Below, one piece after another: positions 31,524-40,479 of a stretch of DNA of 40,479 nt. The stretch lies in contig RQSC01000033.1 in assembly GCA_013416795.1 (NCBI GenBank), positions 49,309 to 89,787 of the forward strand, written 5' to 3'. Origin of the DNA: Prasinococcaceae sp. CCMP 1430. Its lineage: Eukaryota; Plantae; Prasinodermophyta. Under the pieces are notes generated by a model. That model ran no database searches and was not told the origin of the DNA. It was given only the letters and a program-made list of their open reading frames with translations. The position numbers and the translations under genes are program-made. Every line of letters begins with the position of its first letter. The first letter of the stretch is position 1.

Positions 31524-32685
31524 ATGGTGGGTGCGCGTCCGAGCTTCGACGGCGCGGCGGAGCTACAGCCGCTCGCGCTCGGCGGTGGCCGTGGCGCGGC
31601 GCCGTTCGGGCGGCGCGTTCCGCCCGGCGCATGCCGCCTCGCCGGTCTCGCGCGCGAGCCGTTACCCACCGAAGACGCCCACGCGCTGGTCGAGTCCGTG
31701 TACGAGCACGGCCTTCTTGTGATCCCCAGCCAGGGAGGCATAAGCCCCGAGGATGAAGTGGCGCTCGCGCACCTGTTTCCCCACGATCCTGCGGAGGATC
31801 ATGTTGTGGGCTCGTACACGGGCGGCGCCAGCAAGCAGCACAAGCTCCCGGGCTCGCCCGAAGTGGCGTTGGTGGGGAGCTTCCGGCTACACAAGTACCA
31901 CGGCTTCACGGGCGAGTCGCCCGGCGTGTATAGCGGTTGGGCGCACGGTGACCACGCCTGGCACAACGACGGCTTTGCCGACACGATGCCACCGCCGGAC
32001 ATCACCATCATGCGATGCGTACTCACGCCGCGGCAGGGCGGCGAGACACTCTTTGCGAGCAGGTAGGTGAGCGCGCGCAGCGCGGGTGCCTCCCGCCACG
32101 GCGCGCCCCTTGAACCATCGCTGACTCTCGCCTGAATTCGCCATGCACGATGCCGCCAGTGTCGAAGCCGCCGCTGCAATGCCCGTGAGCGTGCACGGCA
32201 TTGACCCCGAGCGCGTGCGGCTGCGCTACCGCCTCTTCAAAAACAGCAAACGCAAGTCCAACGGCCTCCGCCTGGAGCAGGCGGAGGGCAAGAGGGACAA
32301 CGACGTGAACATGGCGGCCGCCGCGGCGGATGTGTGCCACCCGTTGGTCGTGCGCGAGCCGCGCACTTGCAAGCGCACTCTGGTGGGCACATATCACGTG
32401 GCGTCAGGTTATGTTGTCAAGGCGGATGGCTCGGGGAGCGTCGAGCGTGAGCTAGGCTTCGAGGAGGCCTCCTCGCTCTCCGAGGCGTGCTGGGCGCCGG
32501 GAGTGGCGCCCGACAAGGTCTACGCGCACCTCTGGTCACCCGGCGAGCTGGTGGTGTGGTCCAACCGCCTGATCATACACACAGCAACACCTACAAGCAG
32601 GTACGAGCCCGGCGCACAGCGGCTCATGCACAGGGTCCGACTCCGTGCGCCACTGGCCGAGGCCCCAAGGGCCTGGCGCGAGTGA
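31524..32685 (+). CDS. TauD/TfdA-family Fe(II)/2-oxoglutarate dioxygenase, 2 exons
   Basis: Exons 31524-32062 and 32160-32685. HxD motif WHNDG, GGETLFAS, HLWSPGELVVWSNRLIIH (distal His), LMHRV (2OG-binding Arg). Confidence 0.88.
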
Positions 32686-32811
32686 CGCAGGCCTGCGCGT
32701 CGGCAGCGCACACGGCGGGATGGCACGCCGCAACGTGAGGCATTCGGCTTTGCCTCTCGCGAGGTGTCGAGCTCCTGCGCAGCGAGGGCGAGGCGATCCG
32801 TCCGCAGGATT

Positions 32812-34586
32812 TTACAGCTTCGCGACGGGCTTGTTGTGCGTGTGGTACCAGTCCCACTTCTGCTTGGACGTATATTCGGTGATCTGTTTCGCGGATCGAT
32901 ACTTCTTCAGTGGCTCTGGTCCGAGGTCGCGTCCGTAGCCCGATGCCTTCACGCCTCCCCAAGCCGCCTGGAGACCCGGGTTGCGGGGTCAGCAATCACA
33001 GCGGAAAGCAGAAGCGTCGTCAAGCGTACGGCGCGCCTGTGTGTGAGCACACGTACCTGGCAGAAGCATGGCTGGCTGCAGTTGACCCACGTGATGCCAC
33101 ACCGCATGGCCTGGACGACGCGCCGTGCGCGAGCGGCATCCTCCGTGATGACCGCGCCTGCCAGGCCATACACTGTGTTGTTGGCCGCGCGCACCGCCTC
33201 CTCCTCGCTGCGAAAGGTGCGCACCGATAGCACTGGGCCAAAGATCTCTTCGTTCCATATCTTCGAGGACTCCGGCACGTTCACGAATATGGTTGGCTGC
33301 AACCAGTACCCCGTGGCCGGCATTCCCGCCGGCACGCCGCCTCCACAGAGCAGGCAGATGCCCTCGCGCTTCGCCTCCTCGATGAATCCGAGCACCTTCG
33401 CATACTGCGCTGCGCTCACGATGGGTCCAAGGCGCGACGCGCGCTCGAGCGGGTGCGCGATGTGGATCGCCTCCGCTTCGCGCTTGAGCGCAGCAAGGAA
33501 GGCGGGCGCGATGCGCTCGTGCAGCAGCAGCCGCGACGTTGCTGAGCAGATTTGCCCATTGGTCCACATGCTGCCGAAGAGGGCCCATTGCACCGCGCGT
33601 TCGACGTCCGCGTCGTCGAAGACGATGAGCGATGACTTTCCGCCAAGCTCAAGTGACACCGGCACGACATTTTGTGCAGCGGCCGCAGCGACCATCGCGC
33701 CCGTCCGCCGGCTTCCAGTGAACGCCACGCAGTCCACGTCGGGCGACGCCGCGAGCGCGGCGCCTGCGACGCTGCCGAGGCCGGTCAGTACCGAGAATGC
33801 GCCAGCCGGCAAGCCCGCCTCGGCGAGCAGCGGACCGAGCTCTAGGCACGTCAGTGACGCCACCTCGCTCGGCTTGAGCACCACGCAGCAGCCTGCGGCA
33901 AGCGCGGGCGCGACCTTCCACGTTGCCATTAACAACGGATAATTCCAGGGAGTGACTGAGCCAATCACGGGAAGGAGCATGGCGCGCGGCGAGCAGCCGT
34001 CGTCAGCGCGCGGGCCACAGACAACCGCCAGCACAATGGGATATGAGAGCGCGAGAGGACCGACCGCCGCGCAGGCACAAGCGCACTCACTCGCCGCGAC
34101 GACACCCAGCGGCTCGGAGACCATCTCGGAGGAGAAGTCGCCCCCGTCGTCGCCGAGGTCAAGCTTGATGGTCGCGCTCTCGCTGTCGAGGCGCTCGGCG
34201 TGGTCGGCCATTACGGAGAATACGCCAGCGACGTCGTCAATGTCCCACTCCGCTTCCTCGATGGGCTTGCCCGCATCGACTGCCTCGAGGGCCGCGAGGC
34301 GTGGCTTGTCGCGCGCGACGAGCTCTGCAGCACGGCGCAGCACGGCCGCGCGCCGCGCGCCCGTCGACGCTGGCCATATCCCGTTGCCATTGCCAAACGC
34401 CACACGCGCGGCGGCTACGCACGCCGCCGCGTCGGCCGCGCTGCCAGCCGGCACCGATCCTGCGTGCGCGCCATCGCTCGGGTCGAGCACAGGTAGCCGC
34501 GCCGCGCATGGCCGCCACGCGCCGCCCACCCACAGGCCGCGTTCCGGCACGACGGCGCGCTCGGCACGCCCCGCCGCCGCCGCCAT
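32812..34586 (-). CDS. ALDH10: Betaine-/amino-aldehyde dehydrogenase (ALDH10), peroxisomal PTS1, 3 exons
   Basis: Exons 34586-34091, 33955-33057 and 32967-32812. EPLGVVAAITPWNYPLLM, LELGGKS, WTNGQICSATSRL, EEIFGPV, WVNCSQPCFCQAAWGGVK. Ends KWDWY...AKL. Confidence 0.93.
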
Positions 34587-35120
34587 CTCCCGGGCGGCGG
34601 GTTCGGCGCCCTCCCTCAGCCAGCGCGAGGCCGAGGCCGCCTCCTCCGCCCGCTGCGCGCACACAGTGGCGCCGTCCCCCACTTGCTGCTGCCCTGCCAC
34701 GCTGGCTGGTTGCCGCCGCGCCGAGGTTACGGTTTTCCCCGATTTTTTGGGGGTGCTGTGATCAGATGGATGGCGCCTGTGGTGTGCACAGAGCGCCGCG
34801 CAGAATGCGGTTTTAGGGTTTCATGGGGTGCACCCTCATTGTGATGGTAGGAGTTTGCCTCCACGTGGGAGGAGGGTTCGCTCCAGAAAAATCGCATGCT
34901 GCGGGCCTGCTTAGGTTAGGGGGGCGCCCGCGTGCATGCGGAACGCACATCAAATGGCATCTGGGGCGCGCGCGCGTGCGCGTGCGCACGCTCGAGAGGG
35001 GCGGGAGGGGGGGCCGGGGGGGGGGGGGGATGGGGTGCTGGCGGCGTCGCCGAGCGCGCGCGCGCGGCGGACGCAGCAGCAAAGGCGGCGGCGGCAAACG
35101 GTGGCGGCGCGGCGGGCGCC

Positions 35121-37026
35121 ATGGAGGAGCGGATGACCTACTTGCTCACCAATATGGTCGGCGAGACCGTCGAGGTCACGGTGCGTGCGCGTGCGCACCC
35201 ACGCGAGCGAGCGAGCGAGGGACGAGCGAGCGAGGGCGCGCGCGCCGGCCCTGTGCCGGTCCGCCACTTCCGCGCCCCCCAAAAATCCTCGGAAATTGGA
35301 TCAAAATTCGCGCGCGCGCGGTGGCGGGGGCGAGGGCAGGGGGCGTCGCGAGCTCTGCGGGCGGCCACCCCGCAGCCGCGCGCGTCGTCCCACTCGTTCT
35401 GAGCTTATGCTGTGACGCAGGCCGAGCGCCCGCGAGTGCGATCCTGCGCGGGCGCAGCGCGGGCGCGAGTGATCGAGCGCACTGCCGGTGCGCGCTGCGC
35501 GCGATTTTTCCACTTTTTTTTTTTGTTGTGGGCCCTGCTGTTGCGTGTGCGCAACTCAACGCAACAGCAGGCCTTTCTGCGAGGCGTGGCGGGCTGCTGT
35601 GTGCTGACCCCGTGATCCTTGCGCTGGCCTCTCTACTGTCGGCCACCGTCTCTCCGGTGCGGTACGGCGCTGCTGCCCTGCTCTGCAGACCGCGGACGGC
35701 AGCAAGTACAGCGGCGTTGTCAGCGCGGCCAATCTCAACAGCAGCACGGCCGACGCGCTGGGCGTGGCGATGCGCATTGTGACGTGCACCTGGGACGGCA
35801 AGAAAGGGGCCGCGCCAGCGCCGCACCGCCCGAAGGAGAGCATGACGGTTGCGGGCGACGATCTCGTCAGGCTCGAGGCGAAGGGGGTGCGCCTGCGCGA
35901 CGACAGCGTTGTCGAGGCCAGCGAGGACGACCTGGGCCTCGGCACAGACGCAGGCATCGCTCGCCGCTCCAAGGCGGGCGAGTACGGCCGTCAGCTCCGG
36001 GCGTGGGACGGCGGCGAGGTCCCAGAGGATCTAACGCTCGAGGCGACGTTCGGTGCTGACAACGGCAAGGCTAAGGGCAAGGGCAAGCGCGGGGGGGCGG
36101 GCGCCGCTGGCTGGGACCAATTCAATGCCAACGCCACCCAGTTTGGTGTGCACACGACCTTCGACGAGAAGCTCTACACCACGGAGCTGCAAACGCCCAT
36201 GACTGAGGAAGATCGTGCGAGGGCGCGCGAGGCGGAGCGACTCGCGCGCGAGATCGAAGGCACCGCCGCCACCAACGTGCACCAACGCGAGGAGCGCGGC
36301 CAGGCGCAGGAGAAGGACTACGAGAACATGGACGAGGAGGATCGCTTCTCGAGCGTCATGGCGGGGCGTACTGGAGGCAAGGCTGCGGGGTTCGACCGCA
36401 CGGCAGCGCCTGCCGGCGGCGCGGCGCAGGGTGGGCAGGCGGCGCCCCCTGCAGCGTCCGCTACTAGCGGCAAGAAGCTCAGCGCGAGCGCGACGGAGTT
36501 CAAGATGAGCGCCGGCGCATCGAGCTTCAAGCCAGGAAATGCGTCAGGCATGTCTGTGACGGCCAAGCTCGCCGTCGCCGCGGCGGTGGCAAAGGCAAAG
36601 GGGCAGGGCAGCGCCGGAGGGCAGCCGGCCGGGCAGGCGCCGCCTGCGTTCCTGCCGGGGGGGGGCTTTGCCGGACCGGGCGCGATCGGTGGCTCAGCAC
36701 CAGGGGGCGTGCCGGGCGTGCCGCCGCATCCGATGATGCCTGGCGCCGTTCCGGGCTTTCAGCCGGGGATGGTCATGCCGGGGATGATTCCGGGGGGTAG
36801 GCCGGCGCCGCTGCCGGGCATGGGGATGCCGGGCGCGCCTGGCATGCCAGGCGGCAGCGTGCCCGGCATGCCTGGCATGCCGCCCCCGCCTATTATGCCT
36901 GGCGTCGTGCCTGGCATGATGCCGGGAATGATGCCGTATGGGATGATGGCACCGGGCGGTGTGCCAATGCCGCAGCAGGCGATGGGGGCGGGCAGGGGAC
37001 GAGGAGCACCGCCGCCGCCAAAATAA
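35121..37026 (+). CDS. ATXN2: Ataxin-2 / CID3-CID4-like RNA-binding protein (Lsm + LsmAD + PAM2), 2 exons
   Basis: Exons 35121-35180 and 35689-37026. LLTNMVGETVEVT/TADGSKYSG (Lsm); WDQFNANATQFGVHTTFDEKLYTT...AERLAREIEG...HQREERG...DEEDRFSSV (LsmAD); PAM2-like KLSASATEF. Confidence 0.9.
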
Positions 37027-37050
37027 AGCGTGGCTGGTCAGTGGGCCGCG

Positions 37051-37055
37051 TGTAA
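37051..37055 (+). terminator. TGTAA chlorophyte-type polyadenylation signal (also at 3998, 13232, 29714)
   Basis: Each copy lies 25-60 nt after a + strand stop codon. UGUAA is the established chlorophyte signal. Confidence 0.5.
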
Positions 37056-37146
37056 TCAACTGGCTTTGTACCACCCTGTGTGCGTCCGATTCTCCCACGA
37101 GGAGAGCGCTGCTTGCCAGCGCGCAAAAGATATACGGCATGGGACT

Positions 37147-37836
37147 TTATACATAGAGCGCCATCTGCCGTTCCTTAGCGACGAAGCCGCACTTCTCATA
37201 GAATGGGACGTTGCCGTCGTTGCAGTCGAGAATCACTGCGATTGAGCGAGGCGGTGCCGGTGTGAGTGCGCCCGGTGGGGGAAAAAAGGACGCGGTCAGG
37301 ACCCAAGCGCGCAACGCACGCAAGTGCGGCGGTGGTGGGATCGCGAAGATCGCTCCGAGGGCGATCGCGCGCGCAGACAGGCATCGCACCTTTGTAGCAG
37401 CCCGCCTCCTTGGCAACCTTCACGCACTCGTCGACTACGCGCTTACCCAGCCTCTTCCCTCGCACGCTCGAGTCGACAACCACATCCTCGATGTGGCCAC
37501 ACTAAGGTGAGGCGCACAGCTGTCAGCCATGCCGCCACACGGCGCACGCGGCAGCGCCCAGCGCCGCAAAAGTGAGGGAGCGCGTACCATCCCGCACCGC
37601 CTGGTGAACTTAAGCTCGACGAGCAACTTTGCGGTGCCCACGATGCGCCCTGTGGCGGTGTCTTCAGCGACGACCATCGTCGTGCGCGGGTCGGCCGCGA
37701 GCTCGGCGGCGCGCGCAGCGAACATCGCCGCGTCCACACCCGACGCATCTGTCAGCTGGCCGAGCAACTCCATCATGCCCTTGGCGTGGTCGCCCACCTC
37801 CAGGCGCCGCAGCACGATGCCGTCGCCGTCGACCAT
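37147..37836 (-). CDS. GNA1: Glucosamine-6-phosphate N-acetyltransferase (GNAT), 3 exons, 149 aa
   Basis: Exons 37836-37588, 37501-37390 and 37235-37147. VELKFTR...CGHIEDVVVD...RGKRLGK...GCYKVILDC...FYEKCGF. Confidence 0.95.
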
Positions 37837-38560
37837 CGCCGCGCCGCCGCGCCCCCGCCGACAGCAGGGGCGGCAGCAGAGGCGAAGCGCGGGGGCAGCG
37901 GCGGGGTTCGGGACGACCAGCGTCGGGGGCGGCCGGGCAGGCCGGGGGTCGCGCGCCTCCGCACGCGTTGTGGGCGCCCACGCCCGCGCGGGGCGCCTGC
38001 GTCTGCTCCTCAGGAGCTGGAGCTGACGACACACGCGCGTTCGCGAACGCCACAAAAGACATATTCGATACGTAGAAGTGTTGTCAGTACCTGGTTGGGG
38101 TTGTGTTTAGGGTAGGGTTATGATATGACATCCTGATCTGATTCTGGCATCTGCCTGACCCGCGGGTCGAACCCGGTATGAGCTAGGGTTCGATCGATTA
38201 AACGGGGTCTTCCGATCGCTTTCGCCGGTCAGACGCGGTTCGCGCGCTGTCGAAGCGGGGTCATTCGTTGATGATCGACCGCGCGCGCGGCCGCGCCGCC
38301 GCACGCGGGCAGCCGCCGCAAACCTCAGCCGCCGGGTCCGGCGGAGTTCCCCCCGCAGGTTGGCAAGTGCGGAACGAATTGCGGTGACGCGGGCGATGCG
38401 CGCGAAATCTCTGCAGGCGGATGGGGCGCGTGCCTGCGGCGGGCGCGCGCGCCCGCAGGCGGGGGCGTCCGCGGCATGGCGGAGGGGTGAGCAGTGCAGC
38501 TCCGGCTGTGTCCGCGGCCACACGCCGCGCGCGCGACGAGCCCGCCCCCCGCCGACGAAC

Positions 38561-39865
38561 ATGCCGAGCCTCAAGGTGGAGATCGTCATGTGCAACGTGA
38601 AGAAGATCGACACCAAGGCGTACGGCATCGAGAAGCCCGACTGCACGTGCACCGTGGGCATCGAGGGCACCGAGCAGTCGTTCACGACGCGCACCGAGCG
38701 CGGCCTCGACCCGCAGTGGGAGCAGACGGCGACCTTCGAGGTGGCCAACCCCAGCAAGGACCGCCTGTGGGGCAAGTTCTTCATGAACAACAACACGCTG
38801 CAGATCGGCGACCAGCAGTTCTTTAACCTCGACAAGGTGCGCTCGCGCGGCGAGAGGCAGCTGGCGTCGCGGCGAGGCTCCCGCGTAGGAGAGCAGCGAG
38901 CGCGCTCGGCAGTGCGCGCGAGGGTCGCGATCGTGCCCCGGGCTGCCGCGCGGCACGCGCGTGAAGCGCAGGGCTTCTGTGCAGCGCGCGGCGCCAGTGC
39001 ATGCTGCGGCGACAGTCGGAGCAGCGCCGGACGAGCTTCCGCATCCGTGCTGACTCGCCCGCGTCCGAACTCGTGCTCTGCCGCTCCGCGCGTCCCTCGC
39101 ACTGCTACACCACAGCTGGTGACAGGCAAGCCCACTTTCAAGGGCATCATTGTGCCGGGTGGCAAGGTCGATCTCATGGTGACTGCCGTCGACTTCGGCA
39201 CGGAGGACAAGGAGACGACGCTCGATGACATGAACTTCATGAACCTGAGCGACGGTGAGGAGGGGGGCATGATGATGAGTGACAGCGACGACGACGAGGA
39301 GGAGGAGGCCGCCCCGGAGGAGGCCGCCGCGCCGGCCGCCGCCACCGACGACGCGTCTACCGTGAAGCTCCCCGAGGGTGCCGAGGATCTGTCCGGCGAC
39401 AAGCCCTACAAGCTCCAGGTTGAGCTCGCCATGTGCAACGTGAAGAAGATCGACACCAAGGCGTACGGCATCGAGAAGCCTGACTGCACGGCCACGGTGA
39501 CCATCGGCGACCAGTCGTTCACCACGCGCACCGAGCGCGGCCTGGACCCCCAGTGGGATCAGACCGTGATCCTCGGCGTGACCGACCCGTCCAAGGACCG
39601 CCTTTCGGGCAAGTTCTTCATGAACCAGGGCACCAAGCAGATCGGCGACGAGCAGTTCTTCAACCTGGACAAGCTCGTCAACGGCAAGTCCACTTTCAAG
39701 GGCATCATCGTGCCCGGCGGCAAGGTCGACATGTTCGTGACTGCACTCGGCTGGGGCGCGGAGGAGAAGGAGGAGAACCTCGAGGACATGGGCTTCATGA
39801 ACACGCTCGACGGCGACGACGAGGGTGGCATGATGATGAGTGACAGCGAGGAGGACGAGGACTGA
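38561..39865 (+). CDS. Tandem C2-like domain protein with acidic linker and tail, 2 exons, 341 aa
   Basis: Exons 38561-38836 and 39116-39865. Two ~150-aa repeats with C2-like beta pattern (KPDCTCTV...FTTRTERGLDPQWEQTATFEV). Confidence 0.8.
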   Translation: MPSLKVEIVMCNVKKIDTKAYGIEKPDCTCTVGIEGTEQSFTTRTERGLDPQWEQTATFEVANPSKDRLWGKFFMNNNTLQIGDQQFFNLDKVRSRGERQLASRRGSRVGEQRARSAVRARVAIVPRAAARHAREAQGFCAARGASACCGDSRSSAGRASASVLTRPRPNSCSAAPRVPRTATPQLVTGKPTFKGIIVPGGKVDLMVTAVDFGTEDKETTLDDMNFMNLSDGEEGGMMMSDSDDDEEEEAAPEEAAAPAAATDDASTVKLPEGAEDLSGDKPYKLQVELAMCNVKKIDTKAYGIEKPDCTATVTIGDQSFTTRTERGLDPQWDQTVILGVTDPSKDRLSGKFFMNQGTKQIGDEQFFNLDKLVNGKSTFKGIIVPGGKVDMFVTALGWGAEEKEENLEDMGFMNTLDGDDEGGMMMSDSEEDED

Positions 39866-40413
39866 GCGCCAGCAGCGCGATCGGCGCGCCGCCTAATTAA
39901 TTGACACACATCATTGCCTGGGCTCCCCCGCCGGCCGCGCTCTCACTCTCGCTCTCGCTCTCGCGCGCGCGACGGCGCGACGAGCCTCCGAAGACCCTGC
40001 CCCTCCACTGCCAGCTTGCTGTGCCCCCCCCCCCCTGCGACCCCCCCCCTGAGCTCGCCTTGCGCGCGTCGAACACTTTTTTTGGGTGGCGTCTGTCTGT
40101 TTCGCATGGCCACACATCTCGCCCCGGCCGCCAAAAAGCCACGAGAGGCAAATGCCGCCGCCAGGCATCTGCCAGGTTCGCCAGGGGCCACGTGGGACGT
40201 AGACCGTATTCAACCCACGAATCGGCAGATTTACCCCGGTATGATCCAACGAGACCGGGGACTTCCCCCGGATCGCCCGGATCTGCGCGTGCGCGAGTTT
40301 CAAGTTCGAGCGCGCGCTCTCTAGGGGACGGCGGCGGCAGCGGCGGCTCGCGCCACACGTCGCTCGGGTGGCGAGGTGTGCTGGGGTCGGGATCAGCAGT
40401 CCCCCGCAGCACG

Positions 40414-40479
40414 ATGGCCTCGATCGCGCAGCCTGGCGCGGCGCGCGCCGCGGCGACGACGCGCGCCCCCGCGGCGGCG
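40414..40479 (+). CDS. 5' end of next gene, transit-peptide-like (partial)
   Basis: ATG then MASIAQPGAARAAATTRAPAAA, running off the window edge. Confidence 0.5.
   Translation, partial: MASIAQPGAARAAATTRAPAAA

Noticed and set aside
1167-37836. Amino-sugar cluster made of the NST, GCKR/MurQ-like and GNA1 genes
   Set aside because: The genes are 11-21 kb apart with many unrelated housekeeping genes between them.
38161-38188. Minus-strand TAGCTCA...GGGTTCGACCC, resembling tRNA A and B boxes
   Set aside because: The boxes are almost contiguous, with no room for D or anticodon arms, and the T-stem has a mismatch. Not a tRNA.
38172-40244. Shared 10-mer CCCGGTATGA in two promoters (38172 and 40235)
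   Set aside because: Shared 10-mers are expected by chance at this sequence length.
1-40479. CRISPR arrays, rRNA, snRNA, transposase or retroelement ORFs
   Set aside because: No repeat-spacer arrays, RNA-gene signatures or transposase/RT motifs were seen.

Overview
Eukaryotic nuclear DNA, not prokaryotic. It is very GC-rich and gene-dense, with short GT-AG introns (GTGCGT/GTGAGT donors, CTGAC branch points, YCGCAG acceptors), TGTAA elements after several stop codons, and plastid-type transit peptides. This points to a compact green-algal (prasinophyte-grade) chromosome; the taxon is an inference. About 22 genes or gene fragments were read: nucleotide-sugar transporter, PQ-loop transporter, DoxX, thylakoid FKBP, GH1/coiled-coil (TRB-like) protein, a glucokinase-regulatory-protein (GCKR)/MurQ-like tandem-SIS protein, SMYD-type SET protein, LRR-CCHCR1-like protein, ALIX, THUMP, TIM22, NUP1-like nucleoporin, ACAD8, TauD-family dioxygenase, ALDH10, ataxin-2, GNA1, a tandem C2 protein and several unknowns. 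Most notable: (1) a full-length GCKR-like protein that keeps the MurQ DASE motif; (2) two divergent genes (LRR-CCHCR1 and ALIX) whose start codons overlap in one CATG, leaving no intergenic space; (3) a DoxX intron bounded by a 9-nt direct repeat, like a transposon-made intron; (4) a tandem C2 gene with an intron in only one of two copies; (5) adjacent ACAD8-TauD-ALDH10 genes. Family calls come from recalled motifs, not database searches. Two single N bases and long G/C homopolymers suggest assembly gaps or indels. Most ORFs in the track are GC-rich shadow ORFs.
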